Shown here: in pieces, positions 24,371 through 40,039 of the stretch
Numbering within the stretch: the stretch's first letter is position 1
Layout: each line of letters begins with the position of its first letter
Source of the DNA: the human T2T-CHM13v2.0 reference genome, Homo sapiens
Reading direction: 5' to 3' (one strand)
Length of the DNA: 64,000 bases
NCBI RefSeq assembly: GCF_009914755.1
Contig: NC_060926.1
Notes under the pieces: generated by a model
Database searches by the model: none
What the model was told of the DNA's origin: nothing
Seen by the model: only the letters and a program-made list of their open reading frames with translations
Made by a program: the position numbers and the translations under genes

Positions 24371-26187
24371 TTTATCACCTTACCCCACATGGTTTATAGC
24401 TTGTAGAAATGCTCTAAAACATGCAGCCTTCATTTTGGAGACTTGGTGAATCAGTAATGTTCCTCATTTTTAGATATGCAGCACAAGGCCTTTTGATTAG
24501 GTGCATATATATTTCAGTTTGCAATTACCAGATTAAAGGTCACTCTAGTTTTATGTTTCTTTATTAATCTTCTAAACATTTTAGCACTTTCAAATGTATG
24601 ACACACTATGTTATTCTTCCCAAGCTCATATAAACATATCCAGTGTTGCTGATTAAACATTACTGACACCTGTCAAAAGGTAATTATCATTTAACAGAGC
24701 TGTCCAAATGTTTCCTAATTTACTAAGTGCAGAATTTCCCCAGCCAAAAGTAAACATTTCCTTTACCCCTTAGGCCAAAGGGATCTGAAGCCTCTAATAA
24801 CACTTTCATCAAAAATTTCTATGGGCTTCATAAGGAAAGGAAAATATCCTATTAATTGTGGCACATTGCATTACCTTTCAGGAGAGAAATGATAAATGTT
24901 TGTTGTGTTGGTAAATGAATGAATGAATGAGTCTGTTGGAAATTTTTAATTCAATAAGTGTTTTTAGGATGGATGAATTGAGAATTTATTAATCTACTTA
25001 TAAATTTTAGCCTATCAAATAATAGTTTAACCCATTTAGAATGAATTTTAGAACGAGATAATTTAGAAGCAATCTTTGATATTATATGTTGTATTTGAAT
25101 ATAAAAATGCAAATATGTATTGTGTATATATGTATGTATATACATATTTTTAAGAAAAACAGTATCGAGTTTAATTTACCCTAATTTACTATGCATTTTC
25201 ATGATATTACATTTATAGTTCATGGATATGTCCTCATGACTAACACTTCTAAATGGTTTACTATAAACTAGATCACTTTTACAGAAGAGCTGCATAAAAG
25301 ATTCATAAAATAATAAGCAGCAGTCACACGTTAGGTTTGGGACCTTGTATAGACTAAAGATAAGTTAAAAATATAAGAAGGAAGAAATTAACTGCAGAAG
25401 AGCAGGACACTGACTATATTGTAGTGGCAGACCCTTCAATTCTACAAGACCCTCCCCAGATAAAGTTACAAAAGTCAGAGACCCTATAATTCTGGGCTCC
25501 ATTGACCTGGCAAAGTGCTCACTGCATGGAGACCGCTCAACTACTATACTTTCTGTGTTTCTCCCAAAGGCAGTGGGAGCCACATGCAACCACATGTAAT
25601 CTGCTCTCTCATCTCTCTTTTATATGCTTGTTAGTTGGCTCCGAAGTAAAACAAAGTGGGAGCAACCATAACCAAGTCCAAGTGGTCATTCATTCTTGCC
25701 AGTCTACTAATCTGGACAAGACTTTGTCTTCTGACGTAGAGGATGGCCAGCCCAAGCCTGGATGTGTTTTCAGTGAGCTAATTGAAAGGTTAAACTGATA
25801 GCTAGTTATTCTAAATGCTCAATTTAGAGAGCCATGCTTCAGATATTCCAACTGAAGTGGTATTCCATTTTTTACAGTATTTGAAAGACAATTTATTATG
25901 CCTAAATGTAAAGCACGTTTTTTCATAACCTGATATTCACTTGTTAATTTGTTGAGCCATTCTGTGGACATAATGCGATCACCAAAAAAGTAATTTCTAT
26001 TTTGTGTAAGAATCCCATGTTACAATAAATCAACCATGTGACCCAGTATGTTCAAATTCTATAATGCTCATTCTTTGAATATTTACTATTAATGTTAAGA
26101 TACATATGTATTTAAGAGTCAAAGTCCCCTATGTTTCTTTACCCTGGAAAACACCAGTAATCCATATCAAAATGAGAATATCACTGA

Positions 26188-26637
<450 letters not shown>

Positions 26638-26704
26638 TCTATGTTTATTCTTAAAATTTGAACTTAAGCTAATGAACCAAGTTTTCTTAATTACATTAAT
26701 AAAC

Positions 26705-27130
26705 TTATTAAAAATCAAACTCACTAACAATCAAAGGAATGCAAATTAAAGTAGCAATAGGATATTATCATTTGCCTATCAGAGCAGAAGCACTTATTTT
26801 TAAATGGTAATGTTTAATGCTGATGAGATTACCTTTTGATAATCACTCCCATGTGTAACTTGTAGCAGTACATTTAACCCCTTGGAAAGTCATTAAAATG
26901 TTTCTGCCTTTTGATCCAATAATCTGATTTCTAGAACTCTATAAGAAGGAAGATAAATATATATTTTCAGACAAAGATTTGTTAATAAGAAAATTCTTTA
27001 TACTGTTATATCAGACAAAACTTTTAAGCTAGCTAAATGTTCACAACATGAAAATAAATAAATTATGGTACATCCGAATGATGGCATATATTTCATGCAA
27101 TAAAAGGTGTGTTTAAAATATAATGAAATG
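26705..27130 (+). mobile_element. Very old L1 (L1ME-type) fragment
   Basis: TCACTAACAATCAAAGGAATGCAAATTAAA...AAATTATGGTACATCC resembles the L1 ORF2 3' region. Confidence 0.65.
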
Positions 27131-27565
<435 letters not shown>

Positions 27566-27679
27566 TCAAATGCATGAAGAAACAGTATGGCATATATTAC
27601 CAATTTCTACACAACTGATTACATGACCAGCAACATCTTTACATAAATCAGACAATAATAGGAAATGTGCTTTCACTAC

Positions 27680-27737
27680 ATACAGAGCTTTACTCCAGGA
27701 ACTGTCAAATACAGAGCTCTACTCCGGGAACTGTCAA
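27680..27737. repeat. 29-bp tandem duplication
   Basis: ATACAGAGCTTTACTCCAGGAACTGTCAA / ATACAGAGCTCTACTCCGGGAACTGTCAA. Confidence 0.95.
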
Positions 27738-27881
27738 AAGACACAACAGAGACAGTTAACAAAGTCCTTAATCTTCAGGGACCTGTAACTAAATGAAATA
27801 CACCACAGTACCCCAAACAACAAACAACCAAATACAGAACATGTATTAGGTAACTATATAAGTAGATAATTATGCAACTGT

Positions 27882-27882
<1 letters not shown>

Positions 27883-27916
<34 letters not shown>
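27883..27916. repeat. (CA)17 microsatellite
   Basis: Direct reading. Confidence 0.97.
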
Positions 27917-27918
<2 letters not shown>

Positions 27919-28164
27919 TATAGGTATTTGGAATGTTCTCCCACTTTCACAGAGACTTTTCTGACCTCTGTACTCAGTACCCAGCACTTGTAGACCTGGA
28001 TATGGTCTTTCCAATCTTTGAGCATTTATGCAATTAACATAACTTGAAGATACTTTGATATTGAATGACAGGGGACTCCGGACATGTAAACTACGTAAGG
28101 GAGTGTTTAGTGAGGAAACTTCCACACTATTTTTCCTCAACTATGCTCCGACAGAAATGGACAT

Positions 28165-28390
28165 GTTGTAGAGGAAAAACCGTGACCTTAGAATTCAAAG
28201 ACTCCCTACCCACTCCGAGTTCTGCCACTGGCTGAACTTACTTAAATTACTTTACCTTACTAAACGTTTTCTCTAAAGTATGAAAGACAGAGCTGATGAC
28301 ATAGGGTTTTCTGAGCAGTAAAGCAGAGAACACGAGTGACTGAGCTAGGCGGAGTGCCGACCCATGGCAGGCACTCAATACGTTTACTTG
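28165..28390 (+). mobile_element. MIR
   Basis: TTCTGCCACTGGCTG...CCCATGGCAGGCACTCAATA. Confidence 0.55.
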
Positions 28391-29119
28391 AAATTAGATG
28401 CAGAGCCTAGATGTGGACTAACGAGGAGTGGACAGGCCGAGAACTCCACTATGGTTGCTTCTGTGTATCTGACACACTGTTTGGCAAACATGTCATAAGA
28501 ATTTACTTTCATGGGCCCCTGCCTTGAGGTCGTCCGGGTCTATGAAATGGGAACTTATATAACTTCAGTGTCTGTTTTTTAAACATCTGAGGAACTACAG
28601 TGGCAAATCTGAATTCAATCATAAGAGACTTGAGAATAAGATTTAGAAAAACTTTCTAAATAACTTCTGTAGTTGTACACCTTGAGTTTGGTGTTATCTA
28701 GCTTCGTTTTGTCTTTGAAAAAAAACCTTACTTTTAAAGTCTTATTGGTTTTGGTCTCCACTTATGTGTGTTGCTTCTCTGTGTGTACACAGGCTAAGGT
28801 TTTTTTTGTTCTGCTTTGTGTTTGTTTTGGTTTTTACGGTCAAGTAATGATCTATTAATATAGAACAAAGTATATCACAGTAACTTGTCAGTGACTATTG
28901 GAGAGAAAAAGAAGAAGAGACAAACTCTCTAATTTTTCTAAGTATCAGGCATATAGTTGACTTTCTTGCAACTAAAAATATACAGCCCCACTGTTTATTA
29001 GAGTTTGGGAAAAATAGAGTTTATAATAGAGTTTTATAATAACACAATCATAAAATGAATAACCATATATTTAATATGAAAATGACACCCAATAACACTT
29101 ATCAATATATCAATTATGA

Positions 29120-29504
<385 letters not shown>

Positions 29505-29676
29505 TAGCATTCTTGCAAAGGAGTACATTGTCAATCCCCTGAGACCAAATAACCTAGTTTCTCAATTACAACGTGACATATTTTTATCCTGATGTCTAAA
29601 TATCTCATTGTCACTAATTACCAAGTACATTTCATAGCACTGAGTAGATATATTACAGTGTGACATAGGACTAGGA

Positions 29677-29893
29677 CAGTGATTCTCAACAAATAATTTT
29701 TTGCCCTCAGGGGACATATGGCAATGTCTGGAGACAGTTCTGGTTGTCACATCCGACAGGAAGCATGGTGCTGTGGTATCTAGTAGGTAGAGGCCAGAGA
29801 TGCTGCTAAACATCCTACAATGCACAGGACAGCCAGTATCACAAAGAATTATCTAGCCCAAGTTGTCAATAGTTCTAAGCTTGAAAAACACTG
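29677..29893 (+). mobile_element. MER20 hAT MITE
   Basis: CAGTGATTCTCAAC...GGCAATGTCTGGAGAC...GTAGAGGCCAGAGATGCTGCTAAACATCCTACAATGCACAGGACAGCC...AAACACTG. Confidence 0.93.
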
Positions 29894-31361
29894 GCTTAGC
29901 ACAAGAATGAATTTCGGGGTAATCTGTAACATATCCATTTATTCAGTCCATATGGAGTTAACAGCAATGCAAAGTGCCACAAATAGTTTAGACATTTTGC
30001 AGATGAACATTTGCAGTTAGAGAATAAGATAGTAAGAAGGTTTTCTCCTTAACTCTGAATTGGTTTATCACTTTCTTCACTTTATCTTCCTTGTGTTCTA
30101 CTGTCTCCTCTGTGTTTTATTTTCTCTTTTCCTCCCCCTATTTCTCCCTTCCACCAACTCCCCCATTTCAATTTCCTTTTGTTTCCCTACCACCCACCCT
30201 ATACCTTTTGTCTTCTATTCTTCTATCTTTTTTAATTTTTAATTTCTTAATTTTAAAGGGTTTATTGTAATCCTCTAAGATCCAAGTATTTAAACATTCT
30301 TTCCAATCAATGCATAAACTATGTAGAAATGCAAAGCCAAGTTGTATTTGTAGAGATATACCTACAATTACAACTCCCTCTTCTCACAGAGAGAAGAGAC
30401 TGCAGACTTCTTTCATCAGCACTCAGAATAGAGACCCAATAGCTATTACAATATTTTGGCTATTCTCTTCTTTTGTTAGTATTTTGAAAAAGCTTTGGAT
30501 TTATAAGTAACTTATGTCCTTTTAACAAACAGAATCTTATGTTTTCTTTTAGACCACATGTTCACAAGGAAAAAACAACTTGTTTATGAGACTGTACAAA
30601 TGTTTGTGGGTGGCAAATCCTTTGACATGAAATCCTCTGGGAATTGATAAAATATTAAAGCAACCCATTTTCTCTAACTCATCCCATTCTGCTGGACTGA
30701 GGGGAGGGGACCACACAGAGCAACTGTCAGACCTCATTGGAAAGGTTAAGATACATAGGATCATTCTCACAGCCAACTTCTCTTCACCTCCCAGTGAGGT
30801 TGTAATAAGGTTTTTCTGTGACACCTGTCAATTCCTACCCATTAACAATGACATTGAATGCAAATATTTTGACCACAGAATTGGAAGGAGGCTAGATCTA
30901 TGCAGACGCACTCTACTGGAAAGCCCAGGAAAGCATTAAGAAGAATTTACAAAATAGAAATACATCTTTCTTTCATTCACTCACTTTTCATATATGCCAG
31001 ATGTAAGTGAAGTATTTGGATAACATGTCTTGGTTTTTTTTCTCCCTTTTTCTTTCTTTCTACACATTTTTGGAGGCTGTTTAAACAAGCCACGTAGCAG
31101 AAGAAAGACATTTGGAGCCACTTGGAATTGCTTACCATACGTAGATATAAACTGAATTTAATGATCTGCATGATTAGAAGGGAATGACAGACTCACCAGG
31201 AAGCTAGTGGAAATGTCTCAGGCTGGTAAATATTTTAAGGCCGACAGATTTCTTTAAGTTACCTGCTATGACAGGTGCATTTTCTTTCCACTGTAATATG
31301 GCTCTGACTTGCATAAAATATATCCACAAGTCATTTCCTGTTTTTCTGATGCGGTTAGCCC

Positions 31362-31411
31362 TGATCAATAAATAAGCTTTTGTTGGGTTGTTGTTTAGTA
31401 TTTATTGATCA
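31362..31411. repeat. 13-bp perfect inverted repeat, 24-nt spacer
   Basis: TGATCAATAAATA ... TATTTATTGATCA. Confidence 0.9.
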
Positions 31412-32694
31412 TAGCTACTACACTGAGAATGACTGTTGAAATACAAATCAAGATGCATGCTCTGACGGACTATTAGTGTCTTGCACTAATTTGTAGGTAC
31501 TGGTCATTTTATTTGTCTAGATGCTCTGCAGTTCAGTGCACAGGGCCAAATTTGAAAGTCTGTTCATGAAAACAACCATCAAAAAGAACAGTAAGAACTG
31601 GAGCATTACATATTGCATTGTTCTCACAGTGCCACTCAAAACTCCCAACTGTTATTAATTTCAGAGTAATCGCTGAATGATAAGAGTTCTATCCATCTGT
31701 TCAGAGAATTGAGGAAAACTATTAAAAGATTTACCACATATGCAGTCTCTTCCATTTGATATAACATATCCTAAAAACATCCAGCATTTTAAAATGTATA
31801 TCAAAATGTCAATGTGAATGTTAGAAAGATTATTTGCTAAAGCCATTTGTTAACTGCCAAGGTCTATTTTACTGCCCATATCACAAATCTCAAGCAGGTT
31901 TGAAAGAGATTCGAGAAAATATATTACAAGTGTTTATTTTTTATCTTTGCTGTGTAACCTCCACCGTATTCTAGAGAGTGCCTCAAGACAGTGATTCAAG
32001 AGTTCACATAAGTTTTGGCAAACACAAACTTTATGCACCTGAGAGAATCTTGAATTACAAATACTTATGGAAGGTATTGCATTGCACACAATGTTTTAGA
32101 TTGGAGCTTCCAAGCTGGTATGCTGAGAGATTGAACTCTCATTTCTTGTGTGTGTATTGGCAAGGAAAAGGTTGAGAGTGTGCTTTCAACAATCAACTTT
32201 AGTAATCATAAGAAAAGCATTTTGTACTCTGCAAGGGCCACTGAAATTCTAAGAACTCACTAACAAAGAGAAGACAGCTATTATGATGGCATCTATAACA
32301 CTTGTTCATTGGCAGGCACTTTCAAATAGGTAGTCAATTCCAACAACACTACTCTGCCCATAAAGCTTCTAGGAACTGTCATACCTTTCTGTTAGCGCAT
32401 CTTGACAAACTCTTAGAGATGCACACTTTATTGGTAAAGCCCGAATTATTGACTGGATTGCTATATTTTGGATGCATCATTGTCCTCTGGAGTTGTTTCC
32501 TGACACCACCAAAATGCTACTTTTCTGGAATCAAAGATGTGATCCATGCTGAAGTTTCAGGCATGGACTTTATTGATTCAGGTATTTCACTTAATGAAAC
32601 TTGATTTCTGCTCTGCAGATGTTATTGTATCTGACAGGCAGCATGAATTAATGTGTAAAGTGTCACTCTATGGTCATTGACAGAATACACCAAG

Positions 32695-32840
32695 AGGGGT
32701 TCCTTTTGGAGTGATGAAAATATTTTGTAAGTCAATAGAGGTGGTAGTGTACAACATTGTGAATGTACTAAGTGCTACTGAACTGTTCCCTTTAAAGGAC
32801 TTAATTTTATGTCATGTGAATTTCACTGCAATTAAAAAAT
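32695..32840 (+). mobile_element. L1MB-type 3' terminus
   Basis: TTTTGGAGTGATGAAAATATTTTG...ACAACATTGTGAATGTACTAAGTGCTACTGAACTGT. Confidence 0.8.
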
Positions 32841-33465
32841 ATTTTAAACATTTGAAATCAGAGAAATGTAATATTAGAGAGGGCTTGGAGCCCACCTAGT
32901 CCAGCACATAGTTGAGGAAGAACACCCCTCAGAATTACTAAAGTTATATGCAAAATTTCTCTTAATTGGTACATAAGCATAAGAAAGTTTATTGGTCATA
33001 TGTAATGAATGAATGACTCTAAATAAGCCCTACTAAGAATTTTTAGTATTTTTTAATACTCAGAGTTCTTTAATACTGTTAAATTTAAGGGTGAAAAAGA
33101 GAATGATGGACCATTTTTTGGATCCAGCACAGCAAAGAATGTTTTTAAAATATTTTGGGCAGTGACTCCTCCTAGAAAATATGGCGACATCCTCTCTTCC
33201 CTGGCAAAATCTAATTGGTTTTTTCACAGGAACTTTCTCAAAGCCAGGGGTTCATCTCCTGTTTCTATTTAAAGTTAAAGGCTGCCGGATGGGTGCAATA
33301 CTACATTTAATAAGGCACACTGTGATTCCTCTGAAAGTTATATCTGTCTGTAAAGCTTCAGGAACCAAAGAGGAAGATGAAGACATAAAGCATATTAAAA
33401 AATCAAAACGATTTTGGCTCAAAGTTTGGTGTTATTTCCTCACAGTATTTCCAGATTATTTCTGA

Positions 33466-33879
<414 letters not shown>

Positions 33880-36319
33880 AGCTGCCTCTTATTTATGGTT
33901 GTGATGGGGGAAGCCAGAGATAAGAGACCAGAAATTGTAATCCTGACAGAGAGCTGACAGCTATAACTACAATAGTAAGTCTCACACTGTGTCCAGGATG
34001 CAGGGACCTGGGTGGAGTACACTAACGGAGATTCCATGCTTAAGGAAGAAGCTGAGAAGGTGAGCAGCACCCACAGAGCAGGTGAATGAAAGTGGCCTGG
34101 GAATCCTGAAGAGGAACGGCGATGCCCCTGGTGACTTTATTGAACATCCCTGCATGGGTCTGGGTGGGTGTGCAGGGTTGAGGGTTGTCGAAAAGGACCC
34201 CAGTGGTACAGATGTGGGGAACTCTTAAGGCCCAGCAAAGGGGCCAGGAGTCAAGACCTGGCATCATCTAATACACCTCAAGAAATGTCAGCATCTGTCT
34301 GATAAGATGGGGCACAACTCTTGATACTCTGGGTAAATATTTCACATTTTCACAATAGAAATCTCACCTTACAAATATTATTTTCAAACAAAATCACCTT
34401 CAGACTTTTAAATGCAACAATATCACAGAAGGATTTGCTCATCCAAGTGAATGTGGCATATTTATCTCAGCTATTCCATAAATAAAATAGGTAATTATAC
34501 ACCCTTCCCAGCTCCTGGGGGGGAAAGTTATTTTAACAGGGTGTGCATGTTAAGATTCTTGGTAGAAAAGTATGCAAGCATTTTTCTAAACATGATTTCT
34601 AAAAACCTTAAATTGTTTACAAAACCTTCCTAAATATGTACAGTTATATTCTCTACCAAAGTCCCCTTGAAAGCCATGTTTATAAGGTCATGAAATTATT
34701 TTAGTATGAAGAGTAAAAAGAGAATAATAAGAATATATTAAAGAAATAAACATTTTAGATAAAATACTAGACACAGCATCTGACTGCATGATTTATTGGA
34801 TCACTAGGGAGCTCTCACAAATGTATGGGCACAGAATCTGGTGAGATGTTTAATTTATGGTGAATCGGCAGAGAACAAGAAAATAGGCTATCTGCTGTGA
34901 ATTCTGAATTCATGGGGGAATAAGGTGGATAATTTTAAACCCACCACTTCTGCCTCCTGTGATGCCCCCAATCTCATGGCAAACAAGTGAAGTCTGAAAG
35001 AAAAACAAAAGTGATTAGAAAGAATAAAGAGGTATTTAAAAAAAAAAAGTAATGCCTCTTTCAATAAGGCTAATCATTGAGCTCAAAAAGAGTACACGGA
35101 GGGAAAAAATGTCAAATGTTTGTGGCCCACATGAGGACATTTTTCTGTTTATCTTCGTGTTAACTGCAACTGGTAGTGGTGAGTGAGGAGATGGTAAAAG
35201 CTGAGAGTCCATGCAATTATTATTTCCTTGAGCCAAGTGAGCTGCAAAATCCATTATGTTCCCTTCCCACCTCCACCTAACGCCTGACTCTGAGTCACTA
35301 TGTGATGCTCCCACCAGTAGAGTGGGAGTTATTTTTCTGGAATCTGAAGAAAAAAAGGAATAGACATTTTCCACACAATTTTTTACCCTGAAGCAAGTTG
35401 GGAATTTATTTTCTTATCTACAACAGAGCTGACAGCTTTAAGAGCAAATAGGAAAGAAGGGTGAGATGACTATTAAGCACAGGCTGGAAGAGGAGGAGGA
35501 AACTCTGGGATCCTGTCCATATGGCTCCCCAGTGACTCGGCAGGGGGCAGGGGGAAATAGAGGTCAAAGAGACAGTGTGCCCCTCTAGCTAATCTCGGTT
35601 TCAAATGCCAAGTCCTGCAGTCAGGTGAAATGGAATTCAGCAAAGTTGCTGTGGTCATTAACTTACTCTGTCTTGAGGAGAACACCCATCTCATTAGATT
35701 TGAAAGCCATTTTTCCAGGCTAGTAACCTCTGGGGGAATCCAGGGCTGATGACTGTGTAAAACAGAAATAAGCATGACCATCTGCAGTGACCACAGTGGC
35801 AAGGTCTGGGGAGGAGCCAGCAGTGGTGGTTGTAAAACGCTATGAAGTAGATGGCTTTGAGGAATTTGAATCTGGGAATGCCAGAAGAATTCCAAGCCAC
35901 CTTATCTAGACTTTTATTTTTTTCAAACTCCAAACCATTGCCCCCTGACTCTGTCCCCTGCCCTTCGCTGTCCCCAGGGTACTGATTTCTAGCAGGTCAG
36001 CTAAAACACACAAAGGGCCTGAAGCTGAATCATCAGAATACCCAGCCACCCCCATCACTGCATCTGCAGATTGCTGGCTTCCGATTACCAGGAGATGTGC
36101 ACCCCTGCAGAGTCCTGTGACCATGCTTGGCTGCTGAAGATGCTGTCCACAGACCATTGTTTTTGTAGAGATTTGCAGCCATGTCATTTTTTTCATGACA
36201 GTGTAAATGTTCATCGAGGTAGTAAAAGAATAGAGATCCCCAGGTGCTCCCATTTATTAATGGCAGCACTGCTAATCATTGTTATTTTTCAAGAGTATAC
36301 TGGCACTGCAAGAGCTAAA

Positions 36320-36660
36320 TAAAATGATCATGCCCCTTAAGCTAAGTATTCCCACCTTGGGGAATTGTCTAAAGAAAATAGCATTTAAGCCTACTTGAAC
36401 AAAGATGTTTATAGCCACTCTATTTGTAATAGCACATAACTGGAAACAACCCAAATGCTCAACAATTAGGGGGTTATTAAGCAAACTTTAGAACTTTAAT
36501 ATGGTAATAAAGTCTGTGGCAATGAAAATGATGAATATCTGGACTACGTAAATACTTAGAAAGCCTATGTAAAACAATGCTGTATTAAAAAGGAGACCAC
36601 CCAATATTCCAAGTATAATATAAAATGTTATTATGACATGAATATCATAGCTTAACAATG
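36320..36660 (+). mobile_element. L1ME-type fragment
   Basis: AAGATGTTTATAGC...TTTGTAATAGC...AACTGGAAACAACCCAAATG. Confidence 0.7.
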
Positions 36661-37999
36661 ATAAGAATAGAAAAGACCCCAGTCTCATACAATTAGTTCT
36701 CAGAGCGAATGAGGACTTTGAATTTTTAAGGTAATTTAAGGTGGTCTTTTTTCACATAAAATATAAAGCTATTTTAAAATGTAATATTTCAAGATAGTAT
36801 CATTACTTTGGCATGGAAAGCATTGAAAGTGTCCATATAGTCTAGCCACTCATCTGCCGTGTACATCTGACCTATACCACAGGATCAACACAAATTGGTG
36901 ACCCTGGAGAAGTCAGTAGGTTAAAACGATATATAACTGGCCTTACCTAAAAGTAAGACCTAACATTGCCTTCGGTAATAATATTCACCATTTGAATCAA
37001 GATATAAATCAAGGCCAAGAATTTTATAGACAAATAAGCAAGGGGAGACTCAGAGTCGAAAGACTGGATCTGAGTTAGAAGCACAGGACAGGTGAGGGAT
37101 CTGTGGGAAGATGGTTGGGATCGTAGAGGTACAGATCAGGGAGGGAACAGCCAGACCCAAAGACTGGAATAGAGAATCGACCGAGAAGCAGACCTCATCC
37201 AGGCTTTTATGCACTGGCCTATCCCAGGAGCAGCTTTATTCTCCTTAGTATTTGTTTTCAGATTTCAGACAATAGTGCCACAGCTACTCCTTGGAAAGGA
37301 CCCATCTTAAGTTTTCTAGAAAGGATCCACATACCGTTCTAATCAGGTTGTGTTGCAGGTAAGAGGCCATGTGAATTCTGAGATTCAAATGAACAGTATA
37401 ATTTTCAGTGATGGACACCGTGGTGTATGGTCTATGTCATGTTATTAGCAATATTTTATTTCCTACTCCTGGAATAAATCACATAGCTAATTGGAACAAA
37501 ATGCATAAAACCTTTAAATGTCATGCTTCACTGAGCATTTAGCAGGAGTGCTTGGATCTAGAATTATTCGTGCAGGGATTTCCTTATGAATGCAGTGGTT
37601 AGTCAGACTCCAGATTCCCTCTGTGTGGCTTCTCCTCTGGGAAGCGGCATGCATTTTTACTCTGCTCTTTGTTCGTGAAGTCCTATGAGAGAAGTGAAGT
37701 CAAAGCCCTCTGTTGGAGGTTGACAAAGCTCTGTTCACCCTTGGGATTTTTCTACTACTGCTTTTCCGATTTCATAGTAGTAAACTCTTAACAACTGTTC
37801 AAATCAGCAACAACCATTGATTCATGGGTGCTACGTTGAAAGCAATTTTCCCTGCTCATTTCCAGTTGTTCCCACTAGTCAGATTTTCTGAGTCACTATA
37901 GCTATTAAATCAACACAGATGCAAATGGCAGGTCTGCCTCCTACCCTGAATTTGGATCGGCTTTGAAATTACAAAAGATCTGTTGACCCTAGACCATTC

Positions 38000-38200
38000 C
38001 TGTTAGTGTGAAGTAGTATAAAAAAGACAATTTTTAGAAAATCTGGGTTTTAGTTCCAACCTTGGGTAAGTTTTTCACAACAGGGAATCTCAGAAACCTC
38101 GCCTGTTACACAGGAATAATAGCATCACTTGTCTTACAGAACTGTGATGAAGGTCAAATGAAATAAATATGGGGAAGTGGTAATTAAACTATATAGCATC
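38000..38200 (+). mobile_element. MIR/MIR3
   Basis: ATCTGGGTTTTAGTTCC...CTTGGGTAAGT...GTGATGAAGGTCAAATGAAATAA. Confidence 0.55.
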
Positions 38201-38631
38201 ATTTGATTCTCTTTCAGAGAGTGGTGCTTTGGTAGCTACTGTGTTCATTTTCTATGTTGGCTGCAGTCATACTACCCTTATTCCGAGCTTACTTAATAAT
38301 GTGACCTCAGGTTACTGACAGAAAATTCTACTTCTACTTTTGGTCTTCTTTCTATGCTATAATAATGATTTTAGTAAGTTAAATGGTAACTTGACATAGT
38401 TACGAGACAGGCTGTAATCAATATAACCCACTGTATCTTTATTCCTTTGTCTCATGTTAGCAGAGTGGCATTTAGGCACATGGAATATTTGTAACTGAAA
38501 CATCAAGGATGTACTGTTTGGTAACTTCCCTTTTGATTGCATAGAAGTATCTACTAGTATTTCTTTTCAAAACCTACTTTCTTAGCAATGTTAATTCTCA
38601 CGTGCAACCCAGAAAGTACTGAAGTAAGCAG

Positions 38632-38842
38632 GAATGGTTCTTACCCCTGGCTGCAATTAGAAATATCTGACGAGCTTGGCACACTCCATGCGTGAGTCCA
38701 TTCCCAGACACGGAGATTCTGATTTAATTGGCTTGGAGGAGGTCTCAGGAGTGGTGTGTTTTTGTTTGTTTGTTGGTTGGTTTGGTTTGGTTTTTTAACC
38801 TCGTCATGTGATTCAAATATACAGTTAAGACTGAGGCCCACT
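38632..38842. mobile_element. MER5A-type MITE
   Basis: TGGTTCTTACCCCTGGCTGCAATTAGAA...GAGATTCTGATTTAATTGG...GTGATTC. Confidence 0.7.
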
Positions 38843-38969
38843 ACTTTGCATTTTGATTAACTAGAAGTAGGAAATCCCTGGGATCTGATTATGGCCTGGT
38901 CCGTCTGTATTTTGACCAGCTAGAAGGCCATCAGTAGCCAGGATGCCTAAATTCAGCTGTGCACAGGCA

Positions 38970-39180
38970 AGTGTGAAATATCAGGAAAAACACAGACTTT
39001 GGAGCCAGCATGGGGTGAAATCTGGATTTGCTCCATCCTAACAGTGTTGCTATGGACAAGTGACCTGACCTCAATGTGTCTTATCTGTCACATGGAGATA
39101 AGAGCACCTATCTTGTAGGGCTGCTGTGAGGTTTATATCAGGAAGTTTATGTACTAGCAGGTACTAAAACATGATAGCTC
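38970..39180 (+). mobile_element. MIR
   Basis: CACAGACTTTGGAGCCAG...GGACAAGTGACCTGACCTC...AGGGCTGCTGTGAGG. Confidence 0.65.
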
Positions 39181-40039
39181 CTTAGATAAGTAATGCAGCA
39201 AACCAGATCCCTGTTTCCTCATCAGAAATGAACAAACTGAATAAGTAGGTCAGAAAAAAATGACCTCGATGCTAATGCAAGGGAGTAGGATGTACCAGCC
39301 AAATTGAATAAAAACTTTCTGGTTCTATGTATTTGATTCTATTTGTCTTGAAATAATGAGAGCATAAATGGTACTTCTCTTTTTGTCTTAAGTCTCTGCT
39401 GAAGCCTCAAAGCTGACATATTAAGACTCACCATCACATTTTCAAGAGAGGTGCTTCCCCATCCATTCTGGACATGCCATGGTAGAGCAGACTTAGTTCT
39501 ATGACCCCTATCCCAGCACCATTCCAGGACAGGGCATGCTGCCCAATGCTGCCAAACCAGAGCCATCTTTAAAGGATCTTTCCCAAGACGACTCCCTTGA
39601 GGGTGGAGCAGCCTTAACCCAAAGGTCAGGAGCAGAGAGGAGGTCAGCTGGAGAGTCTGTCACCTGTCAGAGATGAGTACTGTTCAGGGGATCCTGGGGA
39701 TGCAGAATCGAGTGGGTGGTGGTAGGCAGAGAGGAGACCTTGAACGTGCCCCAAGAGCCAAAGAGCCAGCATTTGGGCAACTTCCAAAAATGTTGATACC
39801 AGATTACGGTAGCCCCATTCAGGTTGGACCTTGCTGTCTTACTTGAATGCCTAGACTTTTTCCTGGCCCTGGTGGAGCCAGAAGTGGCACAGAGAGTAGG
39901 GTATACTGGAGAGGAGAAGAGAAAAGTGGAATCGTGGTGCAAAAGGAGATGCCCCATCCCTTTCTGACCCCTGACCAGGTCTGAGCTGGGAAATAGAGTT
40001 TCTTTAAATTAGATGAGAGATTGGAGTTTTAATTTAGAT

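Noticed and set aside
35978-36218. + strand acceptor (CCCTTCGCTGTCCCCAG) with weak donor GAG|GTAGTA
   Set aside because: The frame I followed ends in a stop, the peptide is unrecognised and the donor is weak
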